A stretch of 64,000 nucleotides of DNA from Psammoneis japonica (lineage: Eukaryota), in contig QPGO01000064.1 in NCBI GenBank assembly GCA_008632985.1, positions 186,001-250,000 on the forward strand. The letters run 5' to 3'. The notes below the pieces were generated by a model. It was not told the origin of the DNA and searched no databases. It saw nothing but the letters and a program-made list of their open reading frames with translations. The translations under genes were made by a program, and so were the position numbers. Each line of letters opens with the position of its first letter. Positions within the stretch are counted from its first letter, which is position 1. Below are positions 11,962-25,038 of this stretch, piece after piece.

Positions 11962-13065
11962 CTACCCTTCCTCTTCTTTGCTTTCCCCGGCATCTCTTGC
12001 GTTCCTCTGCGCAGCTCTCTTCTGTTCAATTTGTTTCTCTGCCTCTTCCTCCCACGGCATCTTCATGTCTTGAAATTCAACGACTTCCTCCTGGTCCTCC
12101 TTTCCTCTCTTATTACTATCCTCTGCTTCTGTAATATCTTCGAACCCGCGGTCCTTCATCTTGTTGGCCTTTGGTGGCTCTACCGGCTTCTTTCCCTTTT
12201 TCTTTCCGTCCCACGGCGTTTCGGCTTCATGAACAATCTGAGCCGTCATACATCCAATGCCAATAACTCGCGTCCAAATAATCCCCTTCCATATAATATG
12301 AGCAATACGGCAGCAAGCTCGCGCAGCACGACCAGCTTCTCCAGCAAATTCTTGCGCTCCAGCACTGTCTGGTGCACAAGTCCCCGCCAGACACCCCGCA
12401 CAGCACATGCACAACCCACATTGAAAGCAGGAATGCATGATTTGGGAAAAGAAACCAATGCATCGTTGCTGGCGAGCCTCGGTTGGATCCAAGTTGAGAC
12501 CCCGCTGTTGTCGCTGATACCGACGCGACACGTCAAAGGCACAACACGTCGAGTACAGACATCCCAAACACGTCACCTCCAAACAAAGGAACGCATGCGG
12601 ACAGTCTTGTTCTCCGTACGTTCCCGATTCAATCGTAATGGGCGCTCCTGGACAGGTTCTTGCAAAACATTGTGGCCCATCATGGTAGCCTTGCCATAGC
12701 TTGTACTTTGTCATGTCCCCTCCGAGCACCTTGTATCGAGCATACCACTGTCCGCAGGGAAGACAAATCGTCGACAAGCAGCACGTCAGAGGCCTCCGAC
12801 ACGGCGCTTGCAGCATGCTAATCTCATACCCAGACGTTTCATCTGTATGCGGTTCGGAGCTAAAGCAAAATATACAGGGAAACGCGAGTGGACTGGCAAA
12901 GATCCATATCAGATTCCCCAACTGCTCAACAACGGGGGTCACGGGCTCGAGAACATCGGCACACGCCCCAAAAGCTCCGTTTCAGCCGCATCCTTCCTTC
13001 CAACACTCACAACAGCCCTGATCGATACAGCTGTGCACAAATTCAGGAACAAAGCCATACGACAT
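11962..13065 (-). CDS. Cys-rich PLAC8-like membrane protein; in-frame TGA at codon 28
   Basis: ATG at 13065 is in frame with ORF 11962-12942. CCLSTICLPCGQWYARYKVL and EVTCLGC..CC..R..Q patterns resemble PLAC8. Confidence 0.6.
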
Positions 13066-13522
13066 GGTTCCTTGGTGAATTCTGCCGCTGTAACAGCGAT
13101 AACTCTCTCTAGAGAGTACTAGAGAGTAGAGTGTTGCACGAAACCGGGATTGAGAAATTCAACGTCATGCGACGCGACGCTCACATGTTGGATGTCTGTC
13201 TGCCAGCGGAACGCACTGTAGCTATTCTATCTCTCCTCTCTACAGTAGCTAGCTCTAGTAGTAGCCACTCTAGCTACTAGAGCTCTATAGCTAGTAGTAG
13301 AAGCTACTAGTAGAGAGAGAGAGAGTAAAAAGTAGTGGAAATGTATAGCACTCCACTCTCTCTAGAGCTGGCTACTAGCTAGAGAGACATGGTAGTGCAA
13401 TTTTCATCTAATGATCTATAACCCATGGGATTATTGTTTTGTTAGACAGCATCCAAGCTTGGAGAGTGTATACAGACTGAGAGAACGCAGGTGGGCAAAA
13501 AAGTAAGGACAAGAGAACCCAT

Positions 13523-14888
13523 TCAAAGCTGTTGGCCTTGAAAAATGGCGTTTGAAGGAGAAGGCGACAAGGCTCGCTTGGTCCCTCTTTTCGTTCTTCG
13601 GATGCACACCTCTGGATTGTTCGTCAAGAACCAAAACAAAAAGTCGTCATTGCTGCGCCTGCTTGTCAAAAGGTGTGGCCAAAGCGCGTGCGGCACATCA
13701 TGGCGACGAAACAGGCCGCGCCCGGCTTTGTTCATCTTACAGTAGCAATCCATCTCATGTTGTAGAGAAGGATCTTGGACAGTCACGAATTTCAGAGAAT
13801 ACGAAGCACTGCCAATCTCAGCGGGCGTAGTTGTCAGATTTTTGCAATCGGTAACGACGAGAGTTTCCAAATTGGCAGTGACAATATTCTTGTAGGTATG
13901 TCTGACAGCTTTGTGAGGCGGGGAATGACTAAAGTCTTCAAATTCGTAAGCCGCCCTATTTCTTCCGGTAATTTGCAGAGCTCTGAACAATCGTAAATAT
14001 CCAACACGTTGAGACTCGTCAAGCTTCCGATTGATCTGGGAATTTCTCGAAGACTTGAACAGTATGCTAGCTGTAGAGACTTCAATCGAGATAGTTGACC
14101 AATCTCAGGAGGTAAAGAATGTAAACTCTTGGATTGTACAAAGATACTGACAACTGGGAACACGAGCAAATCTCGCTTGGCAGTTCTTCCAAGGAGTCAC
14201 AACACAAACGCAGCAGGGTCAAATTGCGCAGCCTTCCGATTTCAGGAGGTAACTCGCAGACGCCGCATTCAACAATTCGAAGTTCAGCAAGTTGACAGAG
14301 ATTTCCAATCTCAGATGGCAGAGAGGAAATATTACTACATCGGTACAAAAACAGTGACTTCAAGCTTCTCAGACAGCCAATCTCTGCAGGTAATGCTCGC
14401 AGTTTGCAGTAATGAAGATCAAACTTCTCGAGACGATGTAGATTTCCAATTTCAGGAGGCAACGACTCGAGACTTAGACCCCCAAACCAAATCTTTTTCA
14501 ACTTTTTCAGCTCGCCAATCTCAGCGGGTATTTCGGAGAGAGTTGCGCAGGATTCTATGAACAGCTCCTCGAGCTGTTGCAACTGCCCGATTTCCGGAGG
14601 CAACCAGATCATGTTAATGCAGTAGCACAACTTGAAAATGCGCAGATTCTTCATGAGGCCGAGTTCACGAGGTAATTGTATCAACGGGTCACAGTCTCGC
14701 AAAACTATATAATCGGCATTTTCGTAACCCGTCGCCAAATTGAGCCGATTATCGTTGACGTAGTTCCTCTCCAAATAGTCCAAGTCTGTCATGCATTTCA
14801 AATCGAACTCTGTCTTTCCAGTGGCCCGAGAGAGAGCACGGAGAATCTTTTGAGAGGTATCCATGAGGGATTGGTTATTGTTGCTCAC
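13523..14888 (-). CDS. Leucine-rich repeat protein (two frameshifts, ~14165 and ~13990)
   Basis: More than 10 LxxLPxEIGxLxxLxxL repeats. C-terminal NKAGR..LWPHLL..FLFWFL cap. Confidence 0.85.
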
Positions 14889-15397
14889 AATGGGGTCTTT
14901 TCTCTCTTGTAGAGAGCAGAGACTATTGCATCACTTCCGTGGCTGATTCTTCATTCGCGGTTCCGTTACACGGTTCGCGTATCCATCAGTTCGCGTGTCG
15001 CGCACTCTTCTATCCTGTTCCGACACCGCCACGACTCCACGAGGGCTCATGATGCGTTGATCACGACGCACCCAGAAGTCAACGACTTGCACTGCACTGT
15101 GCCCCTCTTTCGCGCGCGAGAGAGATTTGTAAGGCTAACCACTCTCTACTAGCTAGTAGAGAGCTAGAGTCCACGAGAAACTCTTACAAAACCTTGCGTC
15201 TTGTAACATGACAGAGGCGTGCTGTATGCACTTTAGAGAACAAGATGAAGGCCGTTCTTTCTTCGTTCAACACTGCATCAAGAGGACCTAGCTCAGGAAA
15301 CTATTACAAGAATCATTTCCGTCTTGAGGGTTTCACGCCATCCGTAGCCTTCTGTAACATTCGTAATACTCTGGAGATCTGCTTTTTGCTTCTCTTT

Positions 15398-16363
15398 TCA
15401 TTTCGATTTCGGGGAGAAAAAGCTTGATATGGAGCCCTTCTTAGTGTCGGCGACCGTCTTTTGCTTCTTAATCTGCACAGTTGGGCTTTTCATTGGAGAT
15501 ACACGTTTCTTACTATCTGCTGTTCCCTTTTCACTAGTCTTCGTGTCTTTCTCGACTTGCTTAGCAGGCGACTGTTGTTTGGGAGCAAAGAATGACTTGA
15601 CGGATGCTGGCTGCTTCACTGGTTCGATAGCGGATGGGCCGCGAAAGGACAATTGACTCATTTTGGTTGTTACTGCATGCCAAGACAATTGGTCAGATGT
15701 TGAGTTCCAAGCCTGTTTTTCCATTTGTTTCAGCAAGGGACGCGACGGACTCTGCAGCCACTGCTTGGCCAATTCAAATTCCCAAAGTATGAGAGGCATT
15801 CGCGAATGAAGCCAGGACAAGCATGGACAAACGTCCGTCGTTACGATTGTAAAGGTATTGGACGTATCATCGTACAGTCCCGCTAGCAATAGAAACGATT
15901 GATTTGTCTTGTTGTAAACATAGTATGGCTGTTTCTTGGACCCCTTGAGTGTCGGCGTTTTCCATTCAAAGAACCCGTCAATTGCAATCAAACACGTTTG
16001 TTGTTTCGCGAGTAACTTGGAAAAGGTAAACTTATCAAATAGAGTATCTGACCTGGCGTTGAACATGTTGGAAGAAAAGTGCAAGCCCACGCTAGCTTCT
16101 CCTTGTTGCTGCTGTTGTGAGGCACGAGGCAATAAGCCCCACAGTCTTTCAGTCAACTCGATGGATCCCTCCCTCCAACAAAACACGTGCGCTTCCATTC
16201 CTGGTGACATATTGTAATTGTCCTTTCTAGAGTCACCTTTATCATTGTCGTCTTCGGCGAAGCTGCGGCTGTCTTTGTCCCTTTCTTCTTCTAGACGACT
16301 GCTGCCAAGTGCTCCAGCCGCTGCAGACACCGAACGGTATGTTTGTGCTGCTCGCCCACACAT
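15398..16363 (-). CDS. HMCES: SRAP-domain abasic-site processing protein (HMCES/YedK family)
   Basis: Starts MCGR (catalytic Cys2); YNMSPG, WGLLP, FNARSD, DGFFEW, KQPYY, LAGLY, WLHSRMP. Confidence 0.92.
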   Translation of the reverse strand: MCGRAAQTYRSVSAAAGALGSSRLEEERDKDSRSFAEDDNDKGDSRKDNYNMSPGMEAHVFCWREGSIELTERLWGLLPRASQQQQQGEASVGLHFSSNMFNARSDTLFDKFTFSKLLAKQQTCLIAIDGFFEWKTPTLKGSKKQPYYVYNKTNQSFLLLAGLYDDTSNTFTIVTTDVCPCLSWLHSRMPLILWEFELAKQWLQSPSRPLLKQMEKQAWNSTSDQLSWHAVTTKMSQLSFRGPSAIEPVKQPASVKSFFAPKQQSPAKQVEKDTKTSEKGTADSKKRVSPMKSPTVQIKKQKTVADTKKGSISSFFSPKSK

Positions 16364-17161
16364 AATTCTTTCAAGCAAGCGATATACGAATACCTTAGGC
16401 CAGCGTTTTGGCCTTTTCTTTTCTTATGGCGTCTTGAAGTGATGAATCCAGTACAAGTAGAAGTGCTTTCGTGGACAACAGACCTTCATCAAAGTGCGTC
16501 GTCGTTGCGTTGCGTTGCTGTTTTTATGATGTGTTCTCTGCGTTGGAGTTGCGTATATTGTTGGTGTCGGCTTGTCCGAATGCGGTCATAGCTACCGGTA
16601 CAGGGCAACACCCAGACTTATCCCAGTCAGGACTAAGAGAGTAGAATAGATAGTGGATGATACCTATCCAGTCTCTGCTCTCTCTACCGGTAAGTAGTAA
16701 GTAGAGTAGCAGCTCTAGCTAACTAGAGGACTAGTTCCGTAGACTACCTATCCTGCTTGTCGCAGTTGTTCCCTTTTATGGCTTGTTGCTGTGCAGTCTA
16801 AAAAGGCTCGCTGTATCTTCTACTGGGCGGTAGGAGGGGATCGGCTACACGACATACCATGCACACGTCCAAATTTTGAGAGCGTGCCGTACTCAATCAT
16901 GCAAGCTAAACGACCAATAAGACGCTAAGAAGAGGTAATAGAACTCTACGTAGTGGGTTTCGCCACGTACTAATAAAATGAATAACTTAGAACTTAGAAA
17001 TACATAGCGCCCGATAGATTGTTCATGTGTTAAACTCATAATGCAATATGAAAATCATATATCATACGGTTGATATGGGAACGTGTTGCGTCAAAAGGAT
17101 AGCTTGTGCTGTGTGGTCCTGGGCCATACGGTATTCTCTTGCGCCACGAACAGCCTTCAAC

Positions 17162-18400
17162 CTAGATGCGAGTCGGTTCAAATTCGCAGGGGAAAGGCCC
17201 ATTTACGCTCAAACAGATAACGTAATGGGCAGGCCACACATCACTTCGCCAGAGCATGTTGCCATCACCATAAAGCGTTAGCTTATTCCCGCCGGCTTGA
17301 TTATACTCAGCAGATAGATAGCAGTCATTGAGATTGGGGTTCACCGTGTTGGAAGCCCACCTGACCGCTCCCATGTCGGACAAGTCCGATCCTTCAAAGA
17401 TGAGCAAGTTGCAGTCATTCTGCAAGTACATGGAGAGGCCGTTAGGACTGGAGTAATAATCAGGAGGGCTGTAAAAGTTGCCTTTCTTCAACTTGTTAGC
17501 GTAGGGGTTCGCGTTCTGCGAAAGGGCGAAATAATCTAAGCTCTTCCACACATTAGATACGCCTTCAGAGATCTGAAGCGCACAAATGTTGTCTTCGAGG
17601 TAGAGATGGTAGATGTCAGGGGAGCCGAGATTCGTGCCTGTGGCATAGACGGCCTCGTTGTCGCCTTCGCCCGGACCGTTCTCTCTGTATACGACCAAGT
17701 TCCCATCCGTCTGAAAGGCAGCAAAGAAGTTGTTACCACCGCCTTTTGCGTTTCCAGTCTGCCAAGCAGTCTTGAAAGTACCGCCGACCTTCTTCTCGAC
17801 CATTAGATTACCACCGGTGTTGAGACGAAGGCGGCACTTTCCGTTGGGTGTCGCCTTGGCGTTTCCCTCGCCCGGATACAAACGCTCTGCCGGAGGCGAG
17901 CCCATGATCTCTTGCAACCCAGCAAGTTCCCTCTGTACAAAAGTGAAATTCAAAAGACATCAGCACCCATCTCAATCATCATATGCACTTCAAGTTTCAC
18001 TCGGGACAAAACTTACGTTATCTTTTTCTCCAAGGCGTTTCTGTCGACGCGGAGAGATAGGAAACAGCAGAAAAGTTAGCCACATGAACAATTCATCAGT
18101 ATTAGACGCTTCAGGGCGAATTTATCACGCACACTTTCTCCCTCTCCGAGGAGCATCATCATCGCTAGGATAGCACAGGAATAAATCTTCATGGTAGGAG
18201 CTGACGAAAGAAAGGGGCAGAAAGGAGAGTGAGACGATTAGTGAGCAATGTCATGGCAGGGAATTCGTGGCTAGGTCGGGACGAAGAGGCGGGACGAAGA
18301 GGGACTTACCTTGTTTCTAGATTTTTGGAGTCTCTTCGTTTGGTCTGGATGAGAAGACAAGGTGCAGCAAAGTAAGAAACAAATGAAGCGCAACAGGATT
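17162..18400 (-). CDS. Secreted bulb-type (B-type) mannose-binding lectin domain protein; 5' exons uncertain
   Basis: QTDGNLVVY, QNDCNLLIF and W.S/T motifs; upstream GT-AG introns. Confidence 0.75.
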
Positions 18401-20087
18401 CATTCAGTTGCAAAGGAGCGATTCATGGCGGCACTAGAAAGCAGGCACAAGGAAGCGCAGCCGCAATGCACAAATCGAGGTTGCTGTCTCACCTTTTGTG
18501 TTTTTTGTGAGAACTTCGAAAGGTCCACAAGAAAACAACCACGATTTGCAATCGCGAAAATTGTGTTCGCGTTCATCTCACATAATCACCAATCCGTGAC
18601 ACGATTTATGACAGGGCTGTTTGATACACATGAAAAGAAAATGAGAAAGGAAGATACTGGCGGTGTCCAACGCAACCACGAGTTGATCCGCGAAATCAGG
18701 TTCTCTTTTGTGATAGATGTATGTTGGATGGGTCATCACACACAGGTAGGGCAATTCGAAACACATGAAAAGAAAAAATGAGAGTGAGATAGAAGTCGCA
18801 CTTATAGAGAAATTATGAGAAGCAGGAATGTTCCGCGCCCTTTTGAGTCGGGAATCATAAATAGCTAGTCGTGGCAGGACAAAAAAATAAAAAAGTGCGA
18901 CCAAAAAACATCACGGGTAGGTCACGAGTGAGCTCGTTTGAAGACACTTACCGTTCGGGCATCGCGCAAGTGTCCGTCGTCGTTCCATTGGACTCTGTAG
19001 CTAGCTGTCAATGAGCATTGTATGGTAGTAGCATAGTCTTTGGTACAGATGGCTCCGCCATTCATGCTCAGTCTGCTGAACGGCTGTGACGGTCAAATGC
19101 TGCAAGCAACGGGCAGTCCACGTCTTGAAGCACATGGGAAATGGGAAGCAGAACAGACGCAGGATCGTCGACTCCATTTCCCAAACCTGCATCCAACCAC
19201 AAGAAATGGAAACAACTGGACAGATCAACATTCCTTGATCGACCGCACGCTGTGGCTCTTTGGAATCTTGACGACCAGAATCGTCATCCACTGCAAACGA
19301 TGGTGATGATTTTGTAACAAGTCACGTTTCGGCAGCCAACAATGAGTTTGGACCACTACTAGTTCTTGTACTCGAGGCAACGTTGGATCTACCGCATTAA
19401 GCCGCGACCTCTGGCTAGAGAGACGCTCGTGTTTCGGCACTCAACCGGCAGTCAAAAAAATGTGTATGAGCACAAACGGCTGCAACAAAAACTGCCGCAT
19501 CCAATACATGAAGCAAGCAATGCTTCAACCCACCATCGTTGCAAGCCTCGAATGGTGGACTACTTCACACGCGAAACCCCACTGCGACATTCAATCGATC
19601 GATTTCTCGGCAAGAGCTCTCGCGCAAAATCAAACCAAAAAATGCTTCTCCAAACCTTTTGCAATTTGCAAGAATCACAAGCTCCCAATGACATCAAAAT
19701 TTTTTTATCAATCATCAAGCTTGTGTCAGAACTTGATTTATACGTCGTTGTCCCAGAAGCTCCATCAATGATTATTATTAGGGCGTGTATGGTACTGACT
19801 TGTACCGGTAGCTGCTCCAATGCAATCAAAGAAAAATGAGAGACGACCTTTCCCACAGCAGCATGACCATTGCAGTGCAGAGCATGTGTCAAAGAAAACC
19901 AAGATGCCAAGTATAACCGTCGAGAAAGGCATAGCTACTGCACGCCATCTCTCTTTCGTACAGTCCACATCGATTCATTCTGCTGTGCGGGTCGCACTAC
20001 TGTCGGCTTTCGGAGGAACCTGCTTGTCTTTGTTGAACATGCAAACGAACGACTCTAGGGTACCAATCTTAACTCAGCATAGCATGG

Positions 20088-23000
20088 CTTAACGGTGCTA
20101 TATACCGGTGTGCCATAAACGAAGCAATAACGAGCAAACAGCTTATTATTGTCGTCACGGCGGTGCCGTTGTAGTGCTTTGACCGACTGTGGCATTGTGT
20201 GCGTTGTGCGTGTGTGCGTGCTCCGTTACAGCGGTGTTTCGCGCATTGCCAGTCTCACGTTGCCTGCCGGCAGATGGATTTCGCACGACGTTTTGGAGGA
20301 CGACGCGACGGCGATCCTTCCTGCCGAATCCTCGCTGCATGCAATGCCATGAGCTGCAGGCCTGTCGAAGTCACAGTTGTCAGACCATGGTCGCGCCTCT
20401 CATGATTGTTGTGAACAAGGGCACAAGTGTGCAAACTGACAAGCTTGACAGAGCTGAATTTGGTCAACTGCTGCGCTGCTCTCGCATCAAAAGTTTGCCA
20501 GCAGGAATTGTTGGGCAATTGAAGTGACTCCAACTCCTTGCCCTTGATGGCTGCAAAAGTCTCAAAGAGCTGCCCTCCATGGGGGTTGAGCAGCTGAAGC
20601 AGCTGAGACACTGCTTGCCCCCCTTTGCAAGTGTGAAAGTCTCAAAGAGTTGCCATCGGGCTCTGGGCAGCTGCTGCAGCTGAGAAAACTTGACCTTCTT
20701 TGCTGCTGCAAAAGTCTTGAAGAGTTGCCAATTGCCAGATTTGTTGCAGCAGGGACAAACTTGGAGGAGCTGAGAGAGTTGTCGCCACTCTCTTGCTGAG
20801 TTGTCCCCTGGAATGCTGTGATGACAGCAGCTCTTGCAGCACGTCAGAGCGCGCAAAACACAGCGATCATCACACATCTTTTCATTGTGATTTTCGCTCC
20901 TTTTGCAGATGAATTTTTTGTGGTTTCAAACCTCCTCAGTTGCACAGCTGGCAATGACATGCCAACTGTGACAGATTGCCATTTTTTGTGCTGTGGGATC
21001 AGACCCCCACTCCCCATGAGGAAAATTGTTTCGCCGCGAAACAGGGACACGGCCCCGTTTTCCCTGTGAGAGTGCACCCACCCTCTGTCCCTGCAAATTA
21101 AAATCATTTGCATTGTGCCATGGACATTCTATTTTGTTGTTTACATTTTTAAATCAAATGATGCCGATGGAGACAACACCCCAGAGTCTGCAGCAGCAGC
21201 TGCAGCTTGCTTTGTTTGAGTGCCGCTGCTGGCAGCCACCTTGTTCATTGGCGCCAAAAAAGTGCAGAGTGCGTTGTGAGAGTGCAACGTGGATGAGCCA
21301 ACACCACCAACAGGAACGGCAACATGGGCTTGCCAGTGCATCTGGTGCTGCTGATTCTGGAACAGGTGCACTTGCAGCAGGAGCTGCTGTTTTGTTGTTT
21401 GAAGTGCCGCTGCTCTGCCCCACCTCATTCATTGCCAAAAAGAGCAAAACACATTGTGAGAGCATTGCATGGATGAACCAACATGACCCAAAGGAACGGT
21501 GACATGGACACACCAGTGTGTCTAATGCCGCTGATTCTGGAGCAAGCGAGTTTGCAGCAGCAGAAGTTTTGTTGCTCCTCTGATCTGCCTCGTTCATTGC
21601 CGAAAAGTGTGGAGCACATTGTGAGAGTGTGATGCAGATGAACTGACATGAACCGCAGCACACACTTGCTGGTGCATTGGTGCATCCGGCGCCACTGATT
21701 CTGGAGCAATGTGGGCATTGGTGTGCGGTGCAAGATGTTGAGGGTCAGCACCCAGCTCCACCCCTGCAACTCAAAGAAAACACAGAAAGAAAGCATGTGA
21801 GCAATCAAAAAAACATCTTGGGTGACACATGATGCACTTGCTGGAATGGCTGGGGGAACAAGCACCACCTGCATGTGTGCCACACTGTGCAAGGTGCTGT
21901 GTGAATGACAAAGTCACGCGGCAATGACTGAGTTCACCCTGCACCTCCCATGCTGCAGACAGGAGTTCATCGATGACATGTTTAGAGCATGGACCACAAA
22001 CAGCAGAGAGACTTGGAAGCCTTTAAAAATGAGCCCAACAACTCAGGCAACCTCCAGTGGGTTGCCTCCTCACTCTCCACCTCTGCAGTCTTTCTGGATC
22101 TGGACACAGAAATTGGAGAAGACAGATGTGATGCAAGTGAACACATCAAAAACAAGCGAAGCTCTTTTTGTGCATGCCTTTTTTGAAGAGTGTCATGTGT
22201 GGCAAAGAACTTTTCATGCATGTGATTCTGAGAGAGCTGCACCAGGAGCAAGCACTGCCTGCAGTCTTTCTGGATCTGGATGTGGAAATTGGAGAAGAGA
22301 CGGATGTGTTGTTAGCGAATTTGTCAAAAACCAATGAACCTCTTTTTGTGCATGCCTTGGCTTGTTTGAACAGTGCAATTTGTGGCAATTTGTGATGATT
22401 CTGGGTGCAAAACTCTGACATGTGCGATTGTGCCAATGCTGCAGAAAAGCAAGTTTGTGACATGCGTGCACACAACACACAACAACACGCCAGCAGCTCA
22501 GCATTCTGGGTGTGGCAGATTTGTGACAGCAAACTCGCGATCACGAAATTCAAGCTGCACCCAAATAAAACCCCATCTTGACCAACCAGAAGGAAAGCAG
22601 GTTTCACCATGCATTGAGCTGCTGTCATTGGCCAATGGGGCAAAATCTTTCACTGCCATGGCCGGCTGTCAATTTGCAGATTTGCAACCACACGCACTGG
22701 GATCCACGTGAATCACGACAGTGCACGCTCTTGTGCCCTGTGCATGCAATGGGCGACAAAAATGTGGATGTGCTTCAATTGCATCGTTGTGAAAATTATG
22801 AGCCAGTTTGCATGCGGAGAAATGGAATCATGCGAATGGGGAATCTTGTCAAACCAGCCATTTGCTCGCATTTTGGATCACACCAATCAACAGTGCATCC
22901 TTCTAGAATTGCCTGAGACATGGAGCCACGCCCTCCCATGGTTGTGCTTCCCAGGTGCGTGCTGACAATGCTGCGTTGCCATGCACAAGAGGCCATGCAC

Positions 23001-24766
23001 GGTCTCGCCGTGCTGTCCAGCACTGAGGCATGCTGCACTTGTTTTTCAAACTTTGGGGAGAGGGTGCACTGTTGTGAAGTGTGTGTAGAAAATTGCACAT
23101 GCAAAACACATGCTGAAAATGCCGCAGACCAACGGGCTTCGCAAATCTGGGAAACATGAAGAAAAATGAAGGTGGGTCACGTGCGTGCATGAAGTGCTGC
23201 AGACTGCACACGTGCAAAGAGACACACACACGTGAGGGAGGAGGACAAAGTTAAAACCAAGTTCAAGTTGATTGTGATCAAAAGGAAACCAAACCATGCA
23301 TCACAAAAAATGGATTTTGACCTCAACTGAGCAAAACATTGCGTGCATTTGATTGAAGCTTGTGCAAGAAAAGTCAATGGTGCATCAGATGAAATGCAAA
23401 AACAGCTTCATTTTGTTGAGCACTTTTGCTGGCATTTTTTAAATTCTGCTTGTTGACAACTTCAGCAGCGCACACAAAGGCCATTTTGAGTGCTCTCCAA
23501 CCACCAACAAGCTGCAGCTCACCAACATCTTAATCAGAGCCCACAAGAGAGCCTTGGGACTGGTCAAGAAGATGATTGGAGATGCTTGAGAGAGGAGGAC
23601 AGTGTTCTCATTGTGTGCGCTGTTCAATGACAAGAGAACACTGTGTCTCTGCACTGACACAAAGTTTCAACCAAAGGGGAAAAGAGTGGTCAACTCAGGC
23701 ATCACAGCTTGGGTGCCATGCGCATGATTTTAGATGCTTGCTGTGCAGCAACACTCTCCCACTTTAAAAAATGTGCTTCAGCCCCCACGCAGGACTCTGC
23801 ATGAGACATGGACCCATGGGGTTTTGCATGTGAGCTCTGCAGCACACAAAGTGGGTGATGAACATGTTTGTCTTTGACGTCCAAGTGAATGACCAAGTTC
23901 TTCTCATGGTGCAACTGTGCCTCTCAATCAATGCTTGCCACTTTTGACAGTGCACCTGCCTGCCCATCACAGAGCTCTGGAGAGATGCTGGAGAATCATG
24001 CTGCAGCACTTTGTAAAAAACATTGAAAGCTGTTGAGTGGATGATGGCCCAACAACTGTGCTGCAAAAATGACACAAAATGCCGCCAGAGCTGGAGAAGA
24101 TGTTGGTGGTGGGGGGTGCGGTGCCTCAATCCAAAATCAGGCAGGAGAGAATTGAAACACAAGCATCTCCCAACAGTCTCTTTTTTGTCATGTGAGGGAA
24201 CGCTGAAGAGATTGCTTCAAAGTCTGCAAAGTGCCAAGGGTGCTCCCTGTGAGCCTGTTTCGCAAGAGAAAGGCTCTTGTTTTTTCGGCCAACAGCACTA
24301 GAAAAGAGCAGCCAAGTGTTCCTCCCCATCCTCTCTGACACCACGCTGCTTTTCTGAGCAGTTTTCCAACCCAAGCTCTGTTTTTTTAATCTTTGCCACA
24401 CTTGTCCAGCCTTTAGAAGATTTGCAGGCTCCAACTCCATCACGGCACCCCGGTCCTCGTGACTGACAACAGGAGATTCACTCGTGACTGACTCAAGATT
24501 CTTTTCCAGATTTGGAAAACCAATAAACTCGGTGCACAAAGAGCTCGTCCTCGTTCAAATTTCAGTCCGTACAAACTCGCCGTTGAAAAGACCACGTGCC
24601 CATCACTTTTTCATACAAGACCCGAAAAAGCGGTCAACAGAGCTCGACAAGAAAGAACTGTTTCCCTTGTGGTACACTGCCTACGTAGAAATCACGTAGA
24701 AAGAGGGATTCGCATTGGGATGCATGTGCGCACCAAAATTTTCGGCGGTGCAAACTGTCCGTTAAG
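20088..24766. mobile_element. Putative degenerate DNA transposon bounded by short inverted ends CTTAACGG/CCGTTAAG; interior TpA/CpG-depleted
   Basis: CTTAACGG at 20088-20095 and CCGTTAAG at 24759-24766, with flanks ATGG/ATAG (possible 4-bp TSD with TA->TG). The ends coincide with the limits of the mutated block. No transposase recognised. Confidence 0.45.
20340..20830 (+). pseudogene. LRR gene fragment, degraded
   Basis: CSRIKSLPAGIVGQLK*LQLLALDGCKSLKELPS..CCCKSLEELP..LEELRELSPL; stops and frameshifts; no TpA. Confidence 0.7.
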
Positions 24767-25038
24767 ATAGATATCTATCTCCATACAAGTAGTTTTCAAC
24801 CGATTGTCACATACTAAAAAGCTTAATAAAACTGAATGTTAATCAAAATTCCCCGTAACGGCCCCGTTGGATGACACGCGACTTGCTCATTTTTTAGCGT
24901 CGCCGCATGTCGATTTGCGTCGCACTCTCTTGCCCAGCACACAACATACAATCTGCACATGAATTTTGAGACAGCGCAAGTTCATCACTGGAAAGCTACA
25001 ACATCACAAAACTCTACTAGTAGTAGTACTAATACAAC

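Noticed and set aside
18900..20087. Possible gene or TE remnant upstream of the mutated block
   Set aside because: Only short ORFs; no motif or termini that I can support.
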